Below are positions 7,800-15,027 of a stretch of DNA of 39,726 nt, in pieces. A program made the translations under genes and the position numbers. Source of the stretch: a virus; the UHGV virus genome UHGV-0339228, one strand, 5' to 3'. A model generated the notes under the pieces. The model made no database searches, was not told the origin of the DNA, and saw nothing but the letters and a program-made list of their open reading frames with translations. Numbering within the stretch: the stretch's first letter is position 1; each line of letters starts with the position of its first letter.

Positions 7800-7849
7800 T
7801 TTTGTACTAAGTATACATCCCCAAATGGGGCTAAACACTTAGTACAAAA
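7800..7849. other. Candidate attP for the adjacent serine recombinase (50-bp imperfect inverted repeat with a central AA)
   Basis: TTTTGTACTAAGT (7800-7812) and ACTTAGTACAAAA (7837-7849) are perfect 13-bp inverted arms. The inner CCCCA / TGGGG arms flank a central AA (7824-7825). The site lies 5 bp beyond the recombinase stop. No U-run follows on either strand, so it is not a canonical terminator. Confidence 0.4.
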
Positions 7850-7853
7850 CAGA

Positions 7854-9248
7854 TTATAAAAAATCTACAGCTTTAATCGTATTGTCATCATTTAGGTAAA
7901 TCTCCTGTATCGTGGATCTCCAAAAAGAACGCTTGTTTTCAGGAGACAGCGAATCATACATTTGCCGAAAGTCAGTTTCTAATAGTTCTTCCACATAGTG
8001 TAAGCTTCTCGTCTCTTCCTCCTCTGGAAAAGCAGCAGAAGCGGAATATTCTTCTTCCAATCTCTGGTACTCCTTATCGTAGTAATCGAAAGAAATCCTC
8101 CCTTTTTGAAATAACAAATTTAATCGTTCCATTTCTTTTCTCAGCTTTTCCGGATCTTTCGTTTTCTTTTGCTTTTTTAGCTCTTCACTGATCTGGTTGC
8201 TGCGGACTTTATACTTTTCGTATTCTCTTTCGAGATTTTCGAGCAAATATTTTTCGACAAGGTTCTGGCTTACCCTATGCCTATACGTGCAAATATGATC
8301 AATAAGCGCTCTGTTGCAACGGTAGTAGCAGTATGTTCTTTTTTCTCCGGTTTTACGGTTGATAATTGATGAGCATCCGGTGCCAACTAATTTCTGTCCG
8401 CACACAGGACAGCGCATCAAACCCGTAAACAGGTATATTCTACCAGACGGCGTGTTTTTAATATTTCTTTTCGATATAATTTGCATCTCATTCCATTCTT
8501 TTTCTGACAGGTATGCCGGACAATAAGGATACCCTCTGTACGTACCTTTATAAAATTCGCTGGACAACATTGTACGTAACATGCCATAACTAAAATCAAC
8601 CCCATAGGTTTCCTGCATGTACCGTACAGCACCTTTTTTGGAGTTATGGCTTTTAAAGTATTTAAAAAAATCCTCCACCATGTGTTCTGTTTCTGGATCT
8701 TTAACCATGCATTTCTTCCCGTCCACGACACCTGTTTTATATCCAAAAGGCATATTTGCATCTCCGAATATTAACTTCCTTTGTCTTATAGATGCTTCGT
8801 TGACAAATTTAATTCGTTCGGATGTGGTGTCTACCTCGTTTTGCCCAATCGACAGCACTACATTTAATTGCAAGCGTCCATCCCGCGTCTCCATGTTTAT
8901 ACCAGGCTCGGATACAGATATCCAGCGCACCCCATGCTCATCTAGCACATCTTGCACCTTATAAAAATCAGACAGGTTGCGAAACCATCTATCCAGCCGC
9001 CAGAAGAGTATTACATCGATTCTATCCTTTTTCACATCCTCTATAAGGGCGTGTATGGCTTTTCTTTTCTTCAGTTCTTTTCTGGCAGTCTTTCCTTCAT
9101 CCGCATAGACGCCTACTATAGACATGTTGTTGTCTGTTGCGTATTGCTCCAAACATTCTTTCTGGGCTTGTAAAGACTTACCATGTACACTCTGCTCAAA
9201 TGTGGATACTCGGATATATATGGCGCACCGTAGTATTTTTTCTGGCAT
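7854..9248 (-). CDS. Large serine recombinase (phage integrase)
   Basis: 464 aa. The resolvase-type catalytic N-domain (CAIYIRVSTFEQ.. with the Ser nucleophile) is followed by a recombinase domain, a zinc ribbon (CPVCG...CYYRC) and a C-terminal coiled-coil. This is the standard large serine integrase architecture. Confidence 0.85.
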   Translation of the reverse strand: MPEKILRCAIYIRVSTFEQSVHGKSLQAQKECLEQYATDNNMSIVGVYADEGKTARKELKKRKAIHALIEDVKKDRIDVILFWRLDRWFRNLSDFYKVQDVLDEHGVRWISVSEPGINMETRDGRLQLNVVLSIGQNEVDTTSERIKFVNEASIRQRKLIFGDANMPFGYKTGVVDGKKCMVKDPETEHMVEDFFKYFKSHNSKKGAVRYMQETYGVDFSYGMLRTMLSSEFYKGTYRGYPYCPAYLSEKEWNEMQIISKRNIKNTPSGRIYLFTGLMRCPVCGQKLVGTGCSSIINRKTGEKRTYCYYRCNRALIDHICTYRHRVSQNLVEKYLLENLEREYEKYKVRSNQISEELKKQKKTKDPEKLRKEMERLNLLFQKGRISFDYYDKEYQRLEEEYSASAAFPEEEETRSLHYVEELLETDFRQMYDSLSPENKRSFWRSTIQEIYLNDDNTIKAVDFL

Positions 9249-9435
9249 TCCGTATCACTCTCCTTTTGTAAAATATATTTAAAATTGGTATAAAAATAAC
9301 AGCCAGCGCAAAACAAACGTTCCGCTTGCGTGACTGCTCCGAAGATGATACAATATTCATGGATTTTAATCGCATATCTTCGGGTATGTAGACCGTCTCT
9401 GTGTTGGTAGCACTGGGGCGGTTTTTTATTTTGTT

Positions 9436-9927
9436 TTATTGTCCTAAAGAATCGAGAGAGTTCATTAAGTCTTCCGTACTCATGCCGGCAGCGGAAGAAG
9501 TGTATGCGTCAGTGATCTGCTTTGCGTATTGGGTGTATACGTCAGTTAATTTCAATGACCATTCTTCATAAACACTGTACTCGTCCCCATTCTTCTGCAT
9601 TAGCGTAGCCATTTCGGAAACGCCCTGATTAGAAATCTCGGCCAGTTTTTCAACCTTGCTATTTGATAATTCAGCAAGCGCATTTAAGTCTCCGGCAATC
9701 GGAGCTGCTTCGTTATTATATTCTTCCACAAGTCCCGGAGTCGCGTCAGCAATCTTCTTTGTATAATCATCGAGAATGCTTTGATATGTCACTTCGACTT
9801 CCGGTTCTTTTTCCGTAGCCTCTGTTTTCGCAGTATTCTCTTTTTCTGGCTCTTTATCTCCGCCACACGCTGTCATGGACAACGCCATAGTTCCAATCAA
9901 CAGCATGGTTACAATTTTCTTTTTCAT
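9436..9927 (-). CDS. Secreted lipoprotein (moron between integrase and repressor; superinfection-exclusion candidate)
   Basis: Likely start MKKKIVTMLLIGTMALSMTACGG (signal peptide plus lipobox Cys), with RBS AGAGAGGAAAAT on the minus strand. The position between int and the repressor mirrors Ltp-type lipoproteins in Gram-positive prophages. The ORF-track start at 9960 is further upstream in the same frame. Confidence 0.55.
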   Translation of the reverse strand: MKKKIVTMLLIGTMALSMTACGGDKEPEKENTAKTEATEKEPEVEVTYQSILDDYTKKIADATPGLVEEYNNEAAPIAGDLNALAELSNSKVEKLAEISNQGVSEMATLMQKNGDEYSVYEEWSLKLTDVYTQYAKQITDAYTSSAAGMSTEDLMNSLDSLGQ

Positions 9928-10014
9928 ATTTTCCTCTCTTCCTCTGTACCTTTTTACCACAATTTATATATAAACGCCGTAGCGATTATACTATTTCCAG
10001 TATTTCCCTGTAGT

Positions 10015-10028
10015 TTCCAGATCTGGAA
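10015..10028. promoter_or_regulatory. 14-bp perfect palindrome TTCCAGATCTGGAA upstream of the small HTH gene
   Basis: Perfect dyad symmetry 21 nt upstream of the ATG at 10049. It shares the CCAGATCTGG core with the palindrome at 10249-10264. Confidence 0.4.
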
Positions 10029-10048
10029 TATACTACAATAAAACCACT

Positions 10049-10246
10049 ATGAAAATACTACTCGATAAGATCATGCGCGATAAAAACCTATCTACTCGGC
10101 AAGTATCCATTGCGACCGGTATATCAAAATCAACCGTCAGTCGCATTGCAAATGGTGAAATATCACCGACAGCCGACACATTGGAATTGCTTGCCAGGGG
10201 CTTAAAAGTCCGAATTTCTGACCTTATCGACTCTCCATATCAATAA
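10049..10246 (+). CDS. XRE-family HTH transcriptional regulator (65 aa)
   Basis: LSTRQVSIATGISKSTVSRIANGE is a classic Cro/C1-type HTH. It is divergent from the lipoprotein and int genes. Confidence 0.65.
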   Translation: MKILLDKIMRDKNLSTRQVSIATGISKSTVSRIANGEISPTADTLELLARGLKVRISDLIDSPYQ

Positions 10247-10248
10247 GT

Positions 10249-10264
10249 GTCCCAGATCTGGGAC
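10249..10264. promoter_or_regulatory. 16-bp perfect palindrome GTCCCAGATCTGGGAC just after the HTH gene
   Basis: Perfect dyad 3 nt after the stop codon. It has the same core as the upstream palindrome and is probably a cognate operator for the HTH protein. Confidence 0.4.
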
Positions 10265-10365
10265 GATTGTCCATTTTCGCGTAAGTTTCCTGATTTTAGA
10301 TTGTTAACTTAATAGAGAGGTACATAAGTACCAAAAAATAGCAGAACAAATGTTCGAACAAAATA

Positions 10366-10394
10366 TTGATTTTTATTCACTGAAATAGTATTAT
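10366..10394 (+). promoter_or_regulatory. Putative promoter flanked by TTCGAA-type operator palindromes
   Basis: TTGATT, a 17-nt spacer, then TATTAT. TGTTCGAACA, a perfect 10-bp palindrome (10351-10360), lies just upstream. TTCGAACATGT (10407-10417) lies just downstream. Confidence 0.35.
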
Positions 10395-10444
10395 ATATTC
10401 AGGGATTTCGAACATGTGTTTTTGCAGTTAGGGGGATGGCGAAA

Positions 10445-10546
10445 ATGGATTACAAAAGCAAGATTATCGAACTTATCAACGGTGTAAGTAATACTGCAAA
10501 ATTAGAGTATCTCTATTATGTGATAAGATCGTTTCTAAAAGGGTAG
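10445..10546 (+). CDS. Small ORF (33 aa) convergent with the cI-like gene
   Basis: GGGGGA RBS then ATG. The product is MDYKSKIIELINGVSNTAKLEYLYYVIRSFLKG. It ends inside the terminator hairpin shared with the cI-like gene. It may be only a transcribed leader or small RNA. Confidence 0.25.
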   Translation: MDYKSKIIELINGVSNTAKLEYLYYVIRSFLKG

Positions 10547-10566
10547 GCTATTGCTTACCCTTTTTT
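10539..10566 (+). terminator. Rho-independent terminator for the short rightward transcript
   Basis: AAGGGTAGGC / GCTTACCCTT stem with a TATT loop, then TTTTTT. The stop codon of the minus-strand cI-like gene (10555-10557) lies inside the 3' arm. Confidence 0.5.
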
Positions 10567-10893
10567 AGAAAGCGATTCGATAAGATGCTTTATGGCTTTC
10601 TTGTCGGATTCATCTAAAGAATAGTAGCAAGATATCATATTAATAATCTCTTGATCTTTCATTATCCGTCCAACTAATGTTCCACTTTCCTCTCTGGAAT
10701 AATTTCCAAAAAAGTCGTTTGGTATCATTTCAAGCACTTCACATAATCTTTCTATAGTATCAGCGTCTGGTTTATTCTTGTTGTTTTCCCAATCGCTTAT
10801 TGAATTATGTTTTGCACCTATTAAATTCGCAAGTTCTTTTTGAGTCATGTTTTTCTTTTTTCTGTATTCTTTTATTTTTTCTCCTAAACTCAT
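10555..10893 (-). CDS. cI-like repressor (XRE HTH N-domain plus C-terminal oligomerisation region)
   Basis: Start at MSLGEKIKEY.. with a GGAGG RBS 7 nt upstream. The HTH is MTQKELANLIGAKHNSISDWENNKNKP. It is divergent from the Cro-like gene across an operator-rich intergenic region. Confidence 0.7.
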   Translation of the reverse strand: MSLGEKIKEYRKKKNMTQKELANLIGAKHNSISDWENNKNKPDADTIERLCEVLEMIPNDFFGNYSREESGTLVGRIMKDQEIINMISCYYSLDESDKKAIKHLIESLSKKG

Positions 10894-10978
10894 TATGTTT
10901 CCTCCTTGCATCTTCTATATTAACACATGGAAATTATATTTTCAATAAAAAAAGTTCGAAAAAATCGAAATTTTAGTG

Positions 10979-11007
10979 TTGACATTCGAATATTTCGAAG
11001 TTATAAT
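10979..11007 (+). promoter_or_regulatory. Consensus early rightward promoter with TTCGAA operators in the spacer
   Basis: TTGACA (10979-10984), a 17-nt spacer TTCGAATATTTCGAAGT, then TATAAT (11002-11007). Further TTCGAA / TCGAAA sites lie at 10955, 10964, 11017 and 11026. Confidence 0.55.
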
Positions 11008-11052
11008 GAAATTAGTTCGAACGAATCGAAAAACGAAAGAGGTGATTACAGA

Positions 11053-11256
11053 ATGTGTGTAGGTGAAAGAATTAAGGCTTACATGGATGAAAAAGGAATT
11101 AAGCAGGTTTTTATTTCACAAAAAACAGGGATATCGAAAGAAAAGCTTTGTTCATCATTAAATGGAAATAGAAAATTGCAATTTGAAGAATATGAGCTGA
11201 TCTGTGGAGCGTTAGATGTAAATACGGACAAGTTTATTAAACCGAAGAAATTGTAA
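11053..11256 (+). CDS. Cro-like XRE HTH regulator (67 aa)
   Basis: Start MCVGERIKAY with RBS AAGAGGTGA 7 nt upstream. The HTH is KQVFISQKTGISKEKLCSSLNG. The ORF-track start at 10927 is an upstream in-frame extension. Confidence 0.6.
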   Translation: MCVGERIKAYMDEKGIKQVFISQKTGISKEKLCSSLNGNRKLQFEEYELICGALDVNTDKFIKPKKL

Positions 11257-11267
11257 AGGAGAACAAA

Positions 11268-12029
11268 ATGAACAATTTAACAGTATTTGAACAAAACGGT
11301 CAGCTACTCACCGACAGTAGAGAGGTAGCAATGATGGTAGGAAAAGACCATGCAAAACTCTTAAGAGATATCAAAGGATATGTCAAACATCTTACTGAAG
11401 CCAATTTTGGATTGAGTGAATATTTCATTGAATCAGAGTACAAAGACAGTACCGGAAGAACACTTCCATGTTACCTCTGCACAAAGAAAGGATGCGACAT
11501 GATCGCCAACAAAATGACCGGAAAGAAAGGTGTCATTTTCACAGCTACATATATTGAAGCATTCGAGAAGATGAAAGATTTCATCGAAAAGGGAACACAG
11601 TACGTTGGCATTCCATTAAAAGAACAGGTGGAATCACTGGAAGTAGTAGCAAGTATGCTGAGAATGAACGATGCGAGCAAGTTGCTGATGCTGAAATGCT
11701 TCTACGATTCTTACCATATTCCAACAGGGTTCTTGCCTAATTACGAGTTTAACGGCAATAGGGAAATGAAGTCACTCACAGCACTGCTGAAAGAAAACAA
11801 TCTCGGAATCAGTGCGGTGCAGTTCAATAAGAAACTTCTATCTTCCGGAATTTTGGAAGAAAAGGAACGCCAGTCAAGTAAGGGAAGAGTGAAAAAGTTC
11901 AAATCACTGACAGAGAAAGGTTTGAAATACGGCGAGAATGCAGTCAGCCCTCATAATCAGAAAGAGGTGCAGCCGTTGTATTACAGTGACACGTTCAATG
12001 AACTGTTTGAGATGGTAATGAATGACTAG
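11268..12029 (+). CDS. Rha-family phage regulatory protein / antirepressor
   Basis: The N-terminus MNNLTVFEQNGQLLTDSREVAMMVGKDHAKLLRDIKGY...CTKKGCDMIANKMTGKKG matches the Phage_pRha family. It has a C-terminal antirepressor-like domain. RBS AAGGAGAACAAA. Confidence 0.75.
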   Translation: MNNLTVFEQNGQLLTDSREVAMMVGKDHAKLLRDIKGYVKHLTEANFGLSEYFIESEYKDSTGRTLPCYLCTKKGCDMIANKMTGKKGVIFTATYIEAFEKMKDFIEKGTQYVGIPLKEQVESLEVVASMLRMNDASKLLMLKCFYDSYHIPTGFLPNYEFNGNREMKSLTALLKENNLGISAVQFNKKLLSSGILEEKERQSSKGRVKKFKSLTEKGLKYGENAVSPHNQKEVQPLYYSDTFNELFEMVMND

Positions 12030-12087
12030 CCGGTTCCACGCCCGGAAGATGCAGAGGACAGTGATAAATAGAAACGAGGTGAAAGAA

Positions 12088-12336
12088 ATGAGGAATATGT
12101 ATTCCAGAAGAAGAGAACAAGAAATTTTACACAATTATATGGAATTTTTGGCATCTAATCACAAAGAGATAGAGCCAGCCACAATGACTGACTCTATATG
12201 TAAGTTGCACAGCGAATTAAATTCCACCACTAATATTAGCATTAAGTTTTGCGGAATTATTCTTGCTATCTTGCTTGCGAATCTTGCGGTAGGCTTCTTC
12301 GTACTTATCAGCAATTTCTTCAGGAGTAAGGTTTGA
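12088..12336 (+). CDS. Hypothetical 82-aa protein with a hydrophobic C-terminus (antisense-overlapped)
   Basis: GAGGTGA RBS 5 nt upstream of the ATG at 12088. The C-terminal CGIILAILLANLAVGFFVLISNFF is transmembrane-like. It overlaps the minus-strand ORF 12217..12402 in antisense. Only one of the two may be real. Confidence 0.25.
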   Translation: MRNMYSRRREQEILHNYMEFLASNHKEIEPATMTDSICKLHSELNSTTNISIKFCGIILAILLANLAVGFFVLISNFFRSKV

Positions 12337-12402
12337 CAAATCCTGATTTCGCAAGTAGAGCATGGCTAATGCTTCGCATTTTGTGCTTGGAAACGTAGCC
12401 AT
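12217..12402 (-). CDS. Hypothetical small protein (61 aa), a minus-strand moron
   Basis: Start MATFPSTK with an AAGGAG RBS 7 nt upstream. It has its own promoter (see 12452..12481). The sequence LTPEEIADKYEEAYRKIRK is hydrophilic and helical. Confidence 0.45.
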   Translation of the reverse strand: MATFPSTKCEALAMLYLRNQDLSNLTPEEIADKYEEAYRKIRKQDSKNNSAKLNANISGGI

Positions 12403-12451
12403 ATCATTTCTCCTTTCCTGTTTACTCGGCATTGGCAGATGCCTGTAAGCA

Positions 12452-12481
12452 AATTATAGGAGATATGGAAACAAATGACAA
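12452..12481 (-). promoter_or_regulatory. Minus-strand sigma-70-like promoter for the 61-aa gene
   Basis: Read on the minus strand: TTGTCA (plus 12476-12481), a 17-nt spacer, then TATAAT (plus 12452-12457). A short hairpin GGCATTGGCAGATGCC lies in the leader. Confidence 0.4.
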
Positions 12482-12628
12482 TAAAGATTCAACAAGAAAG
12501 AGGTGCGATAAAAATCAACTGGAATAAATTTTCGGAGTTGTTTGAAATTTCCGATGACGAAAAAGATTTTTTTGAAATGATCTACCGAAGACGCACCATA
12601 TACAGATGCGTCATAGGAATTCTGATAA

Positions 12629-12955
12629 TCATAATAATCGTGTTGTTATTAACGAGGTAATAACTGACGCAACGATGGAAATTATAAGCGGCCAAAGCTT
12701 ACTGTCAAAGAATTTCTTTCTACGGTAAGCACAGTAACGGAAGTATTTTTCTGTAAGAGAAAAAGTTCTTTCCGGCGCTTCATCAGATGGAGTTGTGTCA
12801 ATAAAAGAATAATTGCTTGATATTAGTTTATATCTCATTAGCGGCTTTTCGGATTTGCCAAGAAAACCTGATGTAACTGTTTTCTTGAACCTCATACAGA
12901 ACAGCTTAAATTTTTCTGGGAATAGCAAGCAAATTTCATCAAAATCAGAATTCAT
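12629..12955 (-). CDS. Hypothetical tail-anchored membrane protein (108 aa), a minus-strand moron
   Basis: AAAGGAG RBS 7 nt upstream of the ATG. A single C-terminal transmembrane segment (LWPLIISIVASVITSLITTRLL). A minus-strand promoter TTGTTT-17-TATAAT (plus 12985-13013) overlaps the tandem repeats at 13007..13036. Confidence 0.5.
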   Translation of the reverse strand: MNSDFDEICLLFPEKFKLFCMRFKKTVTSGFLGKSEKPLMRYKLISSNYSFIDTTPSDEAPERTFSLTEKYFRYCAYRRKKFFDSKLWPLIISIVASVITSLITTRLL

Positions 12956-13006
12956 ACTTTTTCTCCTTTGTTTTTGATAACTACATTATAAAGGAGGGAG
13001 AAAGGT

Positions 13007-13036
13007 AAAACAAGATAAAACGAGATAAAACAAGAT
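13007..13036. repeat. 3 x 10-bp tandem direct repeat AAAAC(A/G)AGAT
   Basis: AAAACAAGAT AAAACGAGAT AAAACAAGAT at 13007-13036. It lies between the divergent minus-strand membrane-protein gene and the plus-strand Bro-N gene, overlapping the former's putative -35. Confidence 0.6.
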
Positions 13037-13049
13037 AACAGGAGGTAAT

Positions 13050-13856
13050 ATGAACGAATTAAAAATTTTTAATAATGAAGAGTTCGGTAAAATCCGAACA
13101 GTGACAATTGACAATGAACCGTGGTTTGTGGGGAAAGATGTAGCAACGGCACTTGGATATGAAAGAGCGGATAACGCAATCAGGAACCACGTTGAAGAAG
13201 ATGACAAGCTGATGCACCAAATCAGTGCATCAGGTCAAAACAGACAAATGTACATCATCAACGAGTCTGGCTTATACGCTTTAATCTTCGGTAGCAAATT
13301 AGAATCCGCAAAAGAATTCAAACACTGGGTGACATCCGAAGTTCTTCCCGCACTCAGAAAGACTGGCTCCTATGAAATGCCGAAAACAAAACAGCGCAAC
13401 GAACGCCTTGCCAGTGTCAACAATGCTGTGAAGATTTTAACGCCGATGCTCCAAGCAGCAGGATGCAACAGTAAAATCCAGCTCCTGACCGCAAAATCAC
13501 TTTATGAGAAAGCAGGAGTAAATCTTCCAATCACGATTGAAGCGGATCAGCAGTATGTAGATACGGTACATATCGCAAGACAAGCAAGGCTTTACTTTCA
13601 GAGTTCAGGCAAGCCGGCAGACAAAGCTGTGAATGAGATTATTCGTAGGTTAGATTTGTCAGAAGACATGTATACGGAAACATGGGAATCCAAAGGAAAG
13701 TGGCAAGGCACTGTTAGAAAATATGCGCCGGAAGTGATCGGGATGGTAGAGCAGTGGTACGCCAACAATGGATATCCAAGAGAAATCCCATACACACAGT
13801 GCGATGGACAAGTGAAGAAATATCATGTCATCGTCAGAGATTCGGATGCTAATTAA
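13050..13856 (+). CDS. Bro-N domain antirepressor (KilA-C / Ant-like)
   Basis: The N-terminus MNELKIFNNEEFGKIRTVTIDNEPWFVGKDVATALGY..NHV is the BRO-N family signature. It has a C-terminal antirepressor-type domain. RBS AGGAGGTAATATG. Confidence 0.75.
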   Translation: MNELKIFNNEEFGKIRTVTIDNEPWFVGKDVATALGYERADNAIRNHVEEDDKLMHQISASGQNRQMYIINESGLYALIFGSKLESAKEFKHWVTSEVLPALRKTGSYEMPKTKQRNERLASVNNAVKILTPMLQAAGCNSKIQLLTAKSLYEKAGVNLPITIEADQQYVDTVHIARQARLYFQSSGKPADKAVNEIIRRLDLSEDMYTETWESKGKWQGTVRKYAPEVIGMVEQWYANNGYPREIPYTQCDGQVKKYHVIVRDSDAN

Positions 13857-13875
13857 AAACGTAGGACAACATATC

Positions 13876-14049
13876 ATGGACAATCCAACCTGCATACATA
13901 TTAGAGAGGTGGTGCAAGTGACTATAAAAAACATCGTAGTAATTAACGGTAAAGAGGTGGAGATCAGAGACCTCCCGGACGCTGAATTGTTTGCAGAAAA
14001 ATTAAACCGGAAAGCTCTGACAGCAAGAAACTATGAGGAAGATAGGTGA
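13876..14049 (+). CDS. Hypothetical small protein (57 aa)
   Basis: An internal ATG preceded by AGGA. The track ORF 13825.. overlaps the Bro-N gene end. Weak. Confidence 0.3.
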   Translation: MDNPTCIHIREVVQVTIKNIVVINGKEVEIRDLPDAELFAEKLNRKALTARNYEEDR

Positions 14050-14190
14050 TGACATGAAGCCAGATATGGAAAAAATCATACAAGTGTTGATATCTCTAAT
14101 CGAAGAACAGGAACACGTAAAAATTGATTACACACTTGAAAAGAGGACAGAAGAGAAAACCGCCTAGGCGGTAGGAAGGGAGGACAAGCC

Positions 14191-14376
14191 ATGAAAAGAT
14201 TAACAGTAAACCAGATTAAGAAATTCATCCAGACGCTGAAATCCACGGAAAGAGTGGATGGTTATTCCGAACAGCAGAAATTACACGCAATCATCTGCCT
14301 GGAAAATTACAGAATGGAGTTGGAAATCCGAGGTAAAAAATCCGTGAAATTAAAGGAGGAAGAACATGGAAATTAA
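14191..14376 (+). CDS. Hypothetical protein (61 aa)
   Basis: GGGAGG RBS 7 nt upstream. No recognisable family. Confidence 0.45.
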   Translation: MKRLTVNQIKKFIQTLKSTERVDGYSEQQKLHAIICLENYRMELEIRGKKSVKLKEEEHGN

Positions 14377-14551
14377 AGGAACATACCACTGCCAGACCAC
14401 TCAGCAGCCCAACACATTAAACAGTTGGGATATCCGCTCCGTATCTGTTGAGTTACCGGAGCAGGACAAGCCTTACTGGATCAGAGCTGGAGTGTCGGTG
14501 ATCGGGTTTATCTTGGTAATGCTGGCGTGGTATCTGGCAGTCGGGTATTAA
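14366..14551 (+). CDS. Hypothetical small membrane protein (61 aa)
   Basis: AAGGAGG RBS 7 nt upstream. C-terminal transmembrane segment VSVIGFILVMLAWYLAVGY. It overlaps the previous gene by 11 nt. Confidence 0.45.
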   Translation: MEIKGTYHCQTTQQPNTLNSWDIRSVSVELPEQDKPYWIRAGVSVIGFILVMLAWYLAVGY

Positions 14552-14638
14552 AAATGAGCACCTACAAAAAGGCTGGGGAGCCGTAGGTACTCTGACAAAA
14601 AATCAAGAATATAGTAACAGATTTTAGGAGGATAAGCA

Positions 14639-14902
14639 ATGGATAGAAATAAAATACATGAACTTTTAGACTTAATTCTTGGGATTCAAGAGCGTGGAGA
14701 AGGTAAGGATGGGTACCCTTATGTAAGCATTGGATTTTCGAACTACGGTGGCAGAATACTTCTCTGCGCGCAAGAAAACGGATTTGTTGCTGATGGAGAT
14801 TACGATCTGTTTGACGGGATTGCAACAGATAAGCAACTAGATGATGCAATCGTTTTGGCAAAAGTATTGCTGGAAAAAGCAGTAGATATGGTGGGCAAAT
14901 AA
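14639..14902 (+). CDS. Hypothetical protein (87 aa)
   Basis: AGGAGG RBS 7 nt upstream. The larger antisense ORF 14562..14990 is judged spurious. Confidence 0.5.
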   Translation: MDRNKIHELLDLILGIQERGEGKDGYPYVSIGFSNYGGRILLCAQENGFVADGDYDLFDGIATDKQLDDAIVLAKVLLEKAVDMVGK

Positions 14903-15027
14903 TATGTACGAATATGCGGAAGAACTGGAAGAAATAACAGATCAAGAAGCGGCTGAAAAAGACAGATATTTTAGGGTGCGCAAAAGGCACTATCAGAATT
15001 ATTGTGATTTTATGGAGGAAATAACAA

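Noticed and set aside
7800-7849. Interpreting the 50-bp palindrome as a bidirectional rho-independent terminator
   Set aside because: The T and A runs are inside the stem, and neither strand has a U-tract after the hairpin. The size, the quasi-symmetry and the central dinucleotide next to a serine integrase fit an att site better, although weak termination cannot be excluded.
8417-9046. Several 70-115-aa ORFs on both strands inside the serine recombinase gene
   Set aside because: They are embedded in or antisense to a well-supported 464-aa recombinase ORF with clear domain signatures, and they have no RBS.
12475-12660. 61-aa plus-strand ORF with a C-terminal hydrophobic tail
   Set aside because: Its ATG overlaps the -35 (TTGTCA) of the minus-strand promoter for the 61-aa moron. 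The only SD-like sequence is 12 nt away. The region is more economically explained as the promoter/leader of the minus-strand gene plus the 3' end of the membrane-protein gene.
14562-14990. 142-aa minus-strand ORF overlapping the 14639..14902 plus-strand gene
   Set aside because: There is no RBS, and it runs antisense to a plus-strand ORF that has a perfect AGGAGG RBS in an all-plus operon. The product is low-complexity and hydrophobic.
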